IMG/VR virus record: IMGVR_UViG_3300025687_000023
DNA from: an uncultured virus (IMG/VR IMGVR_UViG_3300025687_000023)
Lineage: Duplodnaviria > Heunggongvirae > Uroviricota > Caudoviricetes
Length of the DNA: 64,000 bases
Reading direction: 5' to 3' (one strand)
Shown here: positions 37,040 through 47,800 of the stretch, in pieces
Layout: each line of letters opens with the position of its first letter
Position numbering within the stretch: position 1 is the first letter of the stretch
Translations under genes and position numbers: made by a program
The notes under the pieces: generated by a model
Databases searched by the model: none
What the model saw: only the letters and a program-made list of their open reading frames with translations
Told to the model about the DNA's origin: nothing

Positions 37040-38460
37040 TGGCTATTAAAAAATACTTTGCAACAGCAGACAATACAATTTCCAATGCTTTTGATGAAAC
37101 CCTTTTATCATCAAACAGAGCAACGGGCTCCAATATGGGAGCTTCTGATATTTTAGAAGTCTTTCAAATTTATGGACAGGCTACAACCAGCTCATCAGAG
37201 CTTTCAAGAATTTTGATTCAATTTGACACAGATCAAATATCCTCGGATAGAACAGCCGGTAAAATACCTGCTGCTGGTTCTGTAAACTTTTATCTCAATC
37301 TCTACAACGCTGAGCATTCCTCGACATTACCTGAAAATTTTGATCTCACAATCTCTGCTGTGTCTCAATCATGGCAAGAAGGTAACGGTCTTGACATGGT
37401 TAACTACACCGACAAAACATACAATGTAACTGGTTCTAACTGGAATAGCAGAGGAACTGAAGGACTTTGGGATTCTGCCGGAGGAGACTATCATGCTTCT
37501 CCAACATTTAATAAAAACTTCCCAGAAGGCTATGAAAATCTTTCTGTTGACGTCACATCTCTTGTAGAAGAATGGCTTGACGGAACAAAAGACAATTATG
37601 GTTTTGGAATAAAACTTAAAGATAACTTGGAATCAGCAACAAAGTCTTATTACACAAAAAAATTCTTTGCAAGAGGAACCGAGTTCTTTTTCAACAGACC
37701 AAGTTTGGAAGCTAAGTGGAATGATTCTATAACGGACGATAGAGGTGCTTTCTTTGCGTCTTCTTCTCTAGCCCCTGCCAATGACAACCTAAACACTTTG
37801 TACCTCTACAATCGCATTAGAGGGCGATTAAGAGACATACCTGCTGTAGGTACTGATGACATCGAAGTGTCGCTTTACACAGAAGCTGGAGGAACTCAAA
37901 TTGGTTCTACATTCACTGGTTCACATGTTTCAACTGGAATTTACAAATGCAGTGTTTATGCAGATACAGATGACACGTCAATAATTGACGTTTGGCATTC
38001 AGGTGGAGTTGAATATCACACAGGTTCAATTTCGGTTTTATCAGAAAATGCGGAGATAATAGATGAAAACACAAGATATCTTCTTTCAATTCCAAACTTG
38101 AACAAAGAATACAGAAATACAGATAAAGTAAGATTTAAGTTATATGTAAGACCAAAGAATTGGTCTCCGACAATTTACACAGTTGCAAAAGCGACACCAG
38201 AATCGACAGTTATTCATTCAGCTTCATATGAGATTTGCAGATCAATTGATAACTTAGTGGTTATTCCGCACGATACAGGGTCTAATTTATCGACTAAATT
38301 ATCATACAATGTTAGTGGTAACTACTTTGACATAGATATGTCTTACTTCGAGCCAGGCTATGATTACGATATAAAGTTTGCTTTTTATGATGAATATCTT
38401 GAAAGCTGGAATCACCAACCTTATCAATTTAAATTTAAAGTGAGAGAAGATGAGTATTAA
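37039..38460 (+). CDS. virion structural protein, beta-rich (DNRLRE-like N-domain)
   Basis: ADNTI, SRILIQFD, SWQEGNG, DVTSLVEEWL..NYGF. Confidence 0.6.
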   Translation: MAIKKYFATADNTISNAFDETLLSSNRATGSNMGASDILEVFQIYGQATTSSSELSRILIQFDTDQISSDRTAGKIPAAGSVNFYLNLYNAEHSSTLPENFDLTISAVSQSWQEGNGLDMVNYTDKTYNVTGSNWNSRGTEGLWDSAGGDYHASPTFNKNFPEGYENLSVDVTSLVEEWLDGTKDNYGFGIKLKDNLESATKSYYTKKFFARGTEFFFNRPSLEAKWNDSITDDRGAFFASSSLAPANDNLNTLYLYNRIRGRLRDIPAVGTDDIEVSLYTEAGGTQIGSTFTGSHVSTGIYKCSVYADTDDTSIIDVWHSGGVEYHTGSISVLSENAEIIDENTRYLLSIPNLNKEYRNTDKVRFKLYVRPKNWSPTIYTVAKATPESTVIHSASYEICRSIDNLVVIPHDTGSNLSTKLSYNVSGNYFDIDMSYFEPGYDYDIKFAFYDEYLESWNHQPYQFKFKVREDEY

Positions 38461-41400
38461 AGATTTTTTTTATAAAAAAGAAGTTGTTCTTGAAGACCAA
38501 TCAAAACTAACTTCTTCGGTTGAATCTGCGGATTTAATTGAGGAAATAAGAGAACAAAACAAGACTTTTGTTCCTGATGTAGATTTTTCTGATCCAAAAA
38601 ACTTCGCAAGATTTGGTTCCGCTAAAGAATATTACGAAGGATCTATCAAAAGAATTTATGAACAATATCCTTACGATGGCTCCGAAGCAGAAAAGCTAAG
38701 CTTCTATAACGATTCAACGTTTCTCGACCAATGGTTATTTGACAACAAATATCCAAAATCTACTGGTTATGCAGTCTTCTCAGCAGATGGTTGGGGAACT
38801 GCAACAACAATTAACGACTACGGTAAACCAAATGTTTTGGAATATATATACTCTGCCGGTGGATTGCGAGAAGCTTCTCTTTATCAACACACAGGTTCTG
38901 ATACAATTAGTTCAGGACAACTAAAGAATGTTTTTGACAAAGGCGTTAAACACGATTCGGATAAGAACAGAACTTTAAATTACAGAATGAAGATGGACGA
39001 TGGTCTCACAATTCAATTTTGGATGAAAAAAGACGAATTCCTTCCTTCCTCTACAAGACGAGAAGTCATTCTTGACCTTTGGAATGGCGTAACCACATCT
39101 GGTTCGCATGATTACGGACGTTTGATACTTGAAATGTCTGCTTCCGATAAGCAAGAGTCTGCGCTAAGATTGACACTGTATTCAGGTTCTTATGGTATTG
39201 TTGATCAACCAATCGCACTTAGTTCTTATGGATCAGCGTCGATAGCAAATGGTGAATGGCAACACCACACAATCACAGTTAAAGCAGCTTCTCAAAATCT
39301 CGAGATAAGTTACTACAACAACGGTATCTTGAACAGCGGTTCGACATACAGCACTACCAATACACTAGGTGAGATACCCAATAACATTAACGGATATCTT
39401 GGAGCCTTACAAACAGCTTCATATGGAAATGATTATCATAATCAAGATATGGTAGGAGCAGGAAAACTTTCTGCTTCTCTCGACGATTTCAGATATTGGA
39501 AAAAAGAATTAGATGCCCAGTACATTAAAAACACTTGGTTCTACCCAATTGGTGGAGGATCAAATTCTGATGATAACAGAACTTCACTTGGAGTTTATTA
39601 CAAGTTTAACGAAGGTGTTGTAGGAAATACAGCGTATGATGCGACCGTCTTGGATTATTCAGGAAGAATTGCAAACGGAACTTGGACAGGATACACAACT
39701 AGTTCTAGAAATACAGGATCAGCATACGTTAGTGCCTCAATATTGCAATCTGAACCCGGTGATCCCATCATCCGGTTAGATCACCCTAGCGTTCAATCTT
39801 TGTTGACTGAGATGGCAACAAGCGGCTCTAATCACGATAGAGATAATACAATAAGAATGTATGATATGGTTCCTGCTTGGCTTCGAGAAGAAGATACAAA
39901 TGGAAATATAAATTATCTTTTTCAAATACTTTCTTCATACTTTGACACACTTTATTGTCAAATCAAAGAAGTTCCAAAGTTAAAAGACAAAAACTACTTC
40001 GATAGTGGCAATATGCCTTATGAGTTCATCGATAGAATGTTGTCCGAGAAAGGATTATTGGTTCCGAATACGTTTGTATCCTCAGAAATTTTGAACACAT
40101 TTTGGCAAAGAGACGATCAGAACAATTATTTTGAGCAATCAATTGAGAAAACAAAACGACAAATTTATTATAACATCTACAATAATCTCGAGTTTATCTT
40201 AAAATCGAAAGGAACTGAGAAGTCGTTCCGTAATTTATTAAGATGTTTTGGTATTGATGACGAAGTTATTAAGTTAAATGTTTACACCGATAATGCAACT
40301 CATTATTTAAAAGACAGATACAAAAACTCGTCTGTTAAATCAAAATTTGTTAACTTCAATAAACCTTCTAGATTTGGAGCTTCAATAACACAAACCACTT
40401 CTTCAATTAATTCATTGACATTTATCTCTGGTTCTGATACAGCAAGACTTGAAAGAAACAACGCTTTTACAATTGAAGGTGATGTGTTGTTCCCCGAGCC
40501 AAGAAAAGTTGAAGATAATGATTACTTTGTTGCATCATTTATTTCAAGCTCGATATTTGGCTTTCACGAGGCAAATTCTTCGGATAGCACCGATTACACC
40601 TTTGGCGGCTCAAACGACGCCAATTTGCAATTTTACGCCGTTAAAGAGGAAGTTGGTTCTACCTCTGCAAAGTTTGTTGTAAAAAATGCTGATGATTCAA
40701 TTGTTGTCGAATCTGATTTGTTTGAGGAAGTATACACAAACGAAAGATGGAACTTTTCTTTAACTATTGAACCAGTTGGATACCCTTTCGCTGGATCTTT
40801 CTTAAGTTCATCAAATCCAGATTATAATATTAGACTTTATGGCGTCACCTACAATAACGAAGAAATCAAAAACCAATTTACTTTAACTGCTTCTGTTAGC
40901 AATACCGTGGGCATTTCTTTATTAACAAAACCAAAAAGACTGTATGTTGGAGCAAATAAGACCAATTTTACTGGTTCTGTGATAGCTTCAACAGATGTAA
41001 AGATCGGTTCAATAAGAATGTGGATGGATAAATTGTCTAACGAAGCTATTCAACAGCACAATTTAGACCCTAAAAACTACGGACACAACAAGATTTATGG
41101 TTCTCCGACCGTTTTTTTCCATGATATTTCTGGTTCTTCACAAATTCCTGCTATGGATTCTCTTATTCTTCATTGGAATTTTGATGAAAATGCGTCCTCT
41201 GATGCAAATGGAGAGTTTGTTGTTGAGGATTTCTCAAGTGGATCAACCTCAAATCTCTATGGTTGGGCATCAAATATCATTGAAAGAGAAAACAAAGGTC
41301 TTGGTTTGGACTTTCCTGCGTCTGAAGAGGTGTTTACAAACGAATTTATCTTTGCGAGAAGAAAAGAATTGCCTGAGATATCGTTCACCGATGATAGAAT

Positions 41401-44400
41401 CACAATAATGGACGATGAAAAAGAGTTTTTTATTGAAGACGAAGACACAACCGACAATGTTTTCTCTCTTGAGAAGTCAATGAATCAATCAATTTCTGAG
41501 GAAATGATAAGAACATTCTCGACAATGAAAGAATATGCAAATCTTTTTGCCAAACCTGTTGATTATTATCGTCAAGAATACAAACGTTTAAGAAAAGCTC
41601 GTTCTCTTTTCTTCGAGAGAACCACCGGAAATCCTGACTTTGATAAGTTTACTGAATATTTCAAGTGGATTGACACATCTGTATCATTCTTTATCGAGCA
41701 ATTAAAGCCTGCTTCTGTCACATTTAATGAAGGAATCGCAAACGTTGTTGAATCTCATATTTTTGAAAGACCAAAGAACGAAAGAAAATTCCCAACCATC
41801 AAAACCCTTCAATCTACAATGGGTTCTTTGCGAGGTATCGGAGAGCTTGACTACAATTGGAAGTTCGGACATGCTCCTGACTACAAAAGCTCAACAGATG
41901 ATATCCATTGTCTTTGGAAAAAAGAAAGAGAAGTTCGAGAAGACATAGCTGATAGGGAAACAATAAGAAAAATACTTGGTTCTAAAACTGGTGGTATAAT
42001 CAAAAGACTTGGAGATCCCACAACAGATCCTCAAACTGCTTATATAGCCCAAGGTTATGCTGAGGCCACAAGAAGGTTTTCAAAACCTTACAAATTAACA
42101 GCTGAGGCTTCAACTACAATTCACGGTGGAACAAATTACAACGAGAATAGAAATAGAGACTTTATTTTTGATAATATCAAACCTCATGGCTCAAAGACAT
42201 CAATAGGAATCCCAGTAAATGTTGTAGTAGTAGGTATCGGACCAGGTCAAGGAATAATTAATTCATCTGTATGTGATGATATAGAAGATCCAAACAAAAA
42301 AGAAAAATACAACTTTAGAATGACCGTTGGTAAAGACTCGTCAGGTGATGGTTCACAACCCTCAACAGGATCTTTGGACTTGGTTTATGAAGTTAAATCC
42401 GCTTATGGTTCTCCATTTAATATTGTTTCAGGAAACGTAGACGATGGAACAAACAGAACTGTAGATCAGAATTACAAAGATAGTGTAATTTTGACTAACT
42501 TGCATTCTGATACCACATATATTTCAAATGATGTTCCAATGCAAGGACCTTTTACTGAAACTTGGGTTGGAGGTCGTCAAAATAGACATGTTCAATTGAA
42601 TAAATATAATGAAGATTACACAACAACTAATAAATTGGACGATCAATACACAAGACCAGAAGCTTATAGGATTTTGTTTGGAGAACATCCTGATGAATCT
42701 GTTCAAGATGGTGCTCTTGGGATTGTTGGCCCTGATTATGGTGGCCCTTATCCTGATACCACAAGAAAATGGGCTATTTATTATAGAGATTTTAGAGGAA
42801 AGCGTCCTTACAATATTCAAAATATCCAAGGTGACCAGTATCGTCAAGGAAACTATACAAGAAAATATGAATATTTTAGTTCTGTTGGTCGTTTGGAAAA
42901 TAATTCAAGATTTAAAAAAGCAGGATCTGAAACAGGTTATGAATTAAGCGGAACCTTTTTACCAACACAGATAAAACAAGATTTACCACAAACAACTCAC
43001 CCTTTGACCCTTGTGGCTCAAAATAATTCTAGAGTTGGTAATGTTTTCGGTTCAGGAATATCAAACAGGATAAACCCATTAGATGCGTTTAATTACGTAT
43101 TTACAGTTAAAACCGGTTCTTCATTGTCTGATGGTGACCTATTACAGTTAACTGGTTCTATTAATGAGATCACCAGTATTGATAAAGAGGTCGAAGTAGA
43201 TACAGATGGAAATTTCACAGCTTCTCAAGGAGAGATTTTTGTATACAATTATAGAAAAGCGTTTAGAGCCAATTCACTAAGCGATGCTCGAGCAGTAGAT
43301 GGATCATACACAGGTTTATCAAATAATAATTTTTCTGTCTCAATGTGGATAAACAATACCGATTCTGATGTTTCTAGTGCATCTTATCTATTATTTTATG
43401 AAAGCGGAAATCTTAGGCATTATTTACATTTTGGATACGATGATAATAGAATTTATTATGAAAATCAAGCTGGTAGTAATGACTATTTAGAATTTGATAC
43501 CAACTTAGCTTCTGTTTCTGGAAGTCAATGGGTTCATTTAATAGCAATATTTGAAATAGATGACTTAACAGATAACGCAAAAGCACCTAGGTTATGGCTG
43601 AATGGAAATCAAGTTACATCTTCTGGAGGAAGTTCTTACACTGCACCTGGTGGAGTAACTCCAGTAATAGATGAAATTAGAATACAACTGGACGATAGAG
43701 TAGCAGTTCAAGATGTAGTTCTTTGGAGTACTCTCCTAACTGGCTCTGATGCTATTGATGAATTGTACAATGGGGGTAATTGGAAAGATCCAACTACACA
43801 CACTAGTGCTTCGGCCATAATAGATTATTATAAATTTGGAGAAGAAGAATACTGGGAACAATTAGGATACAGAACACAAAATGTTCTGTCTGCTTACAAC
43901 AATTCAGATTCTAAATTTATTTCTTCCAGCTATGGACATGGAGCAAATACCTTAGAAATAACCACAACCTATGATGAAGATTTTAAATTTATTCAAGGAA
44001 AAGGAAATAGAACCAATACAGAAATTTGGGACTCTCTTAAAAACAATTTAAATTACAATTTTACCGATTGGGATGTAAGTTATGTTTCAGGTTCAAGTGA
44101 AGCTACTTTTACTATAAGACCAAAGACAACACCCTACATAAGTAATTCAAAATTTTATTTGTCAGAAACAGGAACAACGTTCGACATTTTAGATGTAATA
44201 TCTCCAGATGGTGTATCTAATGTTATAGAAAAAGAATCCGATTTCTTAACTGGCTCAATAAGAAATAGAACCGTAATTACCTCTCGATTCTCTGCTCCCG
44301 GTGGTGTTGAAGTTCAAACATATGGGTATCTTGATGCTTATGCCAGAGAATATTCTGTGCATAATAACCTAAACTACAGAAACTTATCGATTAGAGGCTC

Positions 44401-44830
44401 AGGAAGCGGCGAATCTGGAACAATAAGAGTAAATAGCCACGCTAACACTAGAGACGGTTTAAGAACGCTCTATCAACGTCCTATGGGCCGTGGAGGGGTT
44501 GATTCTGTTTATGAACAAGTTGACGAAACAGATTACAACTTAACAGCGTCATTTCACAAAGTTCCAAGAAACACTTTGGTTACACCAAGATCTGGCTCTG
44601 CCGCAGTTGAAATCGTCGAGAGAAACAACAACTACAATTACCAATCAATAATACCAGCATCTGATTATAACTATTCTTGGGTAACTTCTTCGCTTGGTGA
44701 TAATTATAATGTAAGAAGTGGAACACAAAAAGTGTTTGGTTATTGGCCAAAAGATGGCTTAAATAAAGTCAACGGGATTGTTGACACAGCAATAACCTTC
44801 CCAACAGCATCAGACATAGTTGGAGTATAG
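38450..44830 (+). CDS. 2126-aa baseplate/tail protein with LamG (ConA-like) domains and a gp7/P2 I-like segment
   Basis: TIQFWMK..WQHHTI..LDDFRYW; LKSKGTEKSFRNLLRCFG; a further FSVSMWI..WVHL..LWLNG module. Confidence 0.7.
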   Translation: MSIKDFFYKKEVVLEDQSKLTSSVESADLIEEIREQNKTFVPDVDFSDPKNFARFGSAKEYYEGSIKRIYEQYPYDGSEAEKLSFYNDSTFLDQWLFDNKYPKSTGYAVFSADGWGTATTINDYGKPNVLEYIYSAGGLREASLYQHTGSDTISSGQLKNVFDKGVKHDSDKNRTLNYRMKMDDGLTIQFWMKKDEFLPSSTRREVILDLWNGVTTSGSHDYGRLILEMSASDKQESALRLTLYSGSYGIVDQPIALSSYGSASIANGEWQHHTITVKAASQNLEISYYNNGILNSGSTYSTTNTLGEIPNNINGYLGALQTASYGNDYHNQDMVGAGKLSASLDDFRYWKKELDAQYIKNTWFYPIGGGSNSDDNRTSLGVYYKFNEGVVGNTAYDATVLDYSGRIANGTWTGYTTSSRNTGSAYVSASILQSEPGDPIIRLDHPSVQSLLTEMATSGSNHDRDNTIRMYDMVPAWLREEDTNGNINYLFQILSSYFDTLYCQIKEVPKLKDKNYFDSGNMPYEFIDRMLSEKGLLVPNTFVSSEILNTFWQRDDQNNYFEQSIEKTKRQIYYNIYNNLEFILKSKGTEKSFRNLLRCFGIDDEVIKLNVYTDNATHYLKDRYKNSSVKSKFVNFNKPSRFGASITQTTSSINSLTFISGSDTARLERNNAFTIEGDVLFPEPRKVEDNDYFVASFISSSIFGFHEANSSDSTDYTFGGSNDANLQFYAVKEEVGSTSAKFVVKNADDSIVVESDLFEEVYTNERWNFSLTIEPVGYPFAGSFLSSSNPDYNIRLYGVTYNNEEIKNQFTLTASVSNTVGISLLTKPKRLYVGANKTNFTGSVIASTDVKIGSIRMWMDKLSNEAIQQHNLDPKNYGHNKIYGSPTVFFHDISGSSQIPAMDSLILHWNFDENASSDANGEFVVEDFSSGSTSNLYGWASNIIERENKGLGLDFPASEEVFTNEFIFARRKELPEISFTDDRITIMDDEKEFFIEDEDTTDNVFSLEKSMNQSISEEMIRTFSTMKEYANLFAKPVDYYRQEYKRLRKARSLFFERTTGNPDFDKFTEYFKWIDTSVSFFIEQLKPASVTFNEGIANVVESHIFERPKNERKFPTIKTLQSTMGSLRGIGELDYNWKFGHAPDYKSSTDDIHCLWKKEREVREDIADRETIRKILGSKTGGIIKRLGDPTTDPQTAYIAQGYAEATRRFSKPYKLTAEASTTIHGGTNYNENRNRDFIFDNIKPHGSKTSIGIPVNVVVVGIGPGQGIINSSVCDDIEDPNKKEKYNFRMTVGKDSSGDGSQPSTGSLDLVYEVKSAYGSPFNIVSGNVDDGTNRTVDQNYKDSVILTNLHSDTTYISNDVPMQGPFTETWVGGRQNRHVQLNKYNEDYTTTNKLDDQYTRPEAYRILFGEHPDESVQDGALGIVGPDYGGPYPDTTRKWAIYYRDFRGKRPYNIQNIQGDQYRQGNYTRKYEYFSSVGRLENNSRFKKAGSETGYELSGTFLPTQIKQDLPQTTHPLTLVAQNNSRVGNVFGSGISNRINPLDAFNYVFTVKTGSSLSDGDLLQLTGSINEITSIDKEVEVDTDGNFTASQGEIFVYNYRKAFRANSLSDARAVDGSYTGLSNNNFSVSMWINNTDSDVSSASYLLFYESGNLRHYLHFGYDDNRIYYENQAGSNDYLEFDTNLASVSGSQWVHLIAIFEIDDLTDNAKAPRLWLNGNQVTSSGGSSYTAPGGVTPVIDEIRIQLDDRVAVQDVVLWSTLLTGSDAIDELYNGGNWKDPTTHTSASAIIDYYKFGEEEYWEQLGYRTQNVLSAYNNSDSKFISSSYGHGANTLEITTTYDEDFKFIQGKGNRTNTEIWDSLKNNLNYNFTDWDVSYVSGSSEATFTIRPKTTPYISNSKFYLSETGTTFDILDVISPDGVSNVIEKESDFLTGSIRNRTVITSRFSAPGGVEVQTYGYLDAYAREYSVHNNLNYRNLSIRGSGSGESGTIRVNSHANTRDGLRTLYQRPMGRGGVDSVYEQVDETDYNLTASFHKVPRNTLVTPRSGSAAVEIVERNNNYNYQSIIPASDYNYSWVTSSLGDNYNVRSGTQKVFGYWPKDGLNKVNGIVDTAITFPTASDIVGV

Positions 44831-44831
44831 A

Positions 44832-47800
44832 ATGTCAACACCATTAGATTTTGTAGGTTTAAATACACTAATAACAAAAAATGAAGATTTAAAAGCAGAA
44901 AACAAAGTAACAAATTATGATAAACCAAGATTAGACTATATCATTGATGCTACTAATGGATCTAAAAACTTATCTGCAATCGAATTGGGAAAAACGATAG
45001 AAGAATTGGAAGCTAAACATGGTAAATTGATAGGAAGCAAGATCAATGGAAGACAATATTTAAACGATTCTTATAGTACTTTTGTGACAAGTTTTAAAGG
45101 CGGAGGTAAAAATTTAACTTTCGAAATTACTTTTAATTATAATGGCTGGACTCCAGTAGAGGGCTCTGCGAGTAATACAACCACGGCCTTTTTATATGGT
45201 TCTGAAGGTTCTTCATTATTTACTTTATTTGATCGACTTTTGGTCATATTACCAATTACAGGAATTGGAGATACAATAGCCCTTGCCACTGAAGGAGCTT
45301 CTGCCGGCGGTAGTTATACACGACCGCGAGTAATTTGGCCTTTTGATATTTCTTCATACAAGTCCGGAGATATCAAACTAACTATTGTCCTATATAGCGA
45401 CGAAGAAAATTTCTACAAGTCTTCAAAATCTGGTAAGTTTAGCTCACAGGAAAGAAAATATGCAATCTATGTTAACGGACAAGAACTAGGAACACCACTG
45501 ATCTATTCTAGTGTTGACGCTCTTGAAAGTGCTTACAAAGGTTTGTCTCTTTTGTTGTTAGAATATATACAAGGGGTTAGTACTCCTTCTATTGGTAGCG
45601 ACCTCAACGATTACGCGGGACTTGGCTATGAATATATCGTTGATGCATTTGCCGGAAAAATTAAATCAATAATCGTATGGGATGAAGCGATTGAGGACAA
45701 CCTAATAGAAGAACTAAACAACAGAAGTTTAGAATATTATTACAAAAGAAATAATGGAATAGATGTTGGAGAAACACAAATACCAAAAGAGAGTTTTATC
45801 ACATACGATAACACAATTATAGAAAAATCAATTAATGAAATATCACATCACAACTCAATAGCAAGTATTGTAAGTTCTCAAGGAGAACAAGTTTTACTTT
45901 CTGCTGTTTTAAACAACATTAATGGTCCATACGGATATTCTTCATTTAAGCAATTAAGAGCATCTCAAAATTGGCTTATGAGAGCTTACAACAAAGATAA
46001 TACATTTTCTTTTGTTTCTGAAAAAGGTGATACAATAACCGTCACAAAAGACGGAAAAATTTTGTCAACTCATAAAACAAAATACGGAGACATTCAAAAT
46101 CTTACGGAAACTCCTGTGTCTGAACAACACAAACCTTTGGAGATGATTGCAACAATATCTGATGGTTTTGACGATGAGAAACTTTCTATCAAAGGAACTT
46201 ACTCGAATGAAACTCAATTCTTTAAAAATAAAGTAATAAATGTTGAAACATCTCGAGAAATAGAAGACTCTGAAACTTACGAGGATTTAAAAGCTTTAAC
46301 TGACACAGAAACAACCCCTCTTAAATCATTTGATAAATTAACACTTAAGCAATCTGTGTTTCCAAAAAACATTTATACACACTCTAGAAACCACAGAACA
46401 AGACCAGCATACTCTTCAAAAATATGGAGAGATCAAAGAGCTTCAAGAACAGAATTGGGCTTAAATAATGGTTTTGGTTATTATACACCTTCACAATCTT
46501 TCTGGCCTCTTGATGCCGAGGAAAACTTCACAACTCTTCCAACAACAAATTACTATGGAGGAGCTTTAGGGTACAATTCTTCTGGAGCCGCTGGTGTTCT
46601 TCAAAATTCCTATTCTTTATTTGCAACATCATCTGATCTTTCTGGTGTTGAAATAGACAATGTTGTTTCTGCTTCAATATTGTACGCAAGACCTCACACT
46701 TTAACAGCTTCAACTTCAGTTAAAAATCCTTTCTTTACAAACCTTTCAGGTGGAACCATTGGTGATTGTTCCAAATTCACAGGACATGCAGCTTGGGAAG
46801 CAGGAGACATGGCAGGTTTTTTTAATACCGATGGAAACTTTCAGTTGTCTCCAAAAAAACCTTTCCCAGATTCATATGATGAATGGGCGGAATCTTTTCG
46901 AGGTCTAGGAAAGGGTTATTCAGTTGTTCCTGAGTTTAGAATTTCTGATCATGTAAATCATTATTTGACAAACGGTTTTACTTCGCAGAAATTGGACTTT
47001 CTTGATGTTAAAGGTGGAAACCAAGATTATGCAAAGTCTTCCGACCAAGACTTTTTTAAAGTTTATTCAACAACAGATTTTCTCAAGAACTTTGAGATTG
47101 TAAAAGAAGATTTCAAAAACAAAGCAGCTCCAACAGGAATCACACTTAGATGCAAAGCAATAAAAAAGTTTTTGCCTTATGAAGGGTTCTATCCTTGTCA
47201 AAGAACTGTTGATTTAGCAAAACAATTTTATGATTCATATGGTTTCTTTATTTCGGGATCATCATGGAATGAGCATGAGTTAGGATATACTGTCTCAGGA
47301 GCAATTGCAGATGTATCTTCAACATCAAAATATATAGCTCAGCCACTAATAACACCTTTGTTTTCACCTGGGATTTTATTTAATTCAATAAAATCAGGAA
47401 TTGCATGTGACTTTCCTATTTTTGATTATCCGTACGTAACAGGAAGTGTAACTCCTAGTCTTGATGGTCCATTTATTTCTTCTGAGATAAGAAAAAGAAT
47501 TCCATTTGAAGCGTTAATGGAACCTGAAAAACATTTGGCTAATTTTGAAATACATTCGATTGATCCTGATATACAATCACCAAAGATAAAATCAACTTGG
47601 ACAGGCCAAGGAGATAATCTTTATAAATTGATGATAAACAACTTTGTCTCTGAGATTGGTGATTTCTTTTTAGAAAATGAAAGACACACGACAATCACTT
47701 CTTTACCAGAAGGAGATCCAAACTTTGGAAATGTTCAACCGGGTAAAATCTATGGAATGAGAATAAAAATGTTTCGTTCTATTTCCGGGTCGAAAGGTGT

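Noticed and set aside
44820..44834. Read-through fusion of ORF 38450 with the next giant ORF
   Set aside because: Different frames, and ATG 44832 has its own GGAG SD; no slippery site seen
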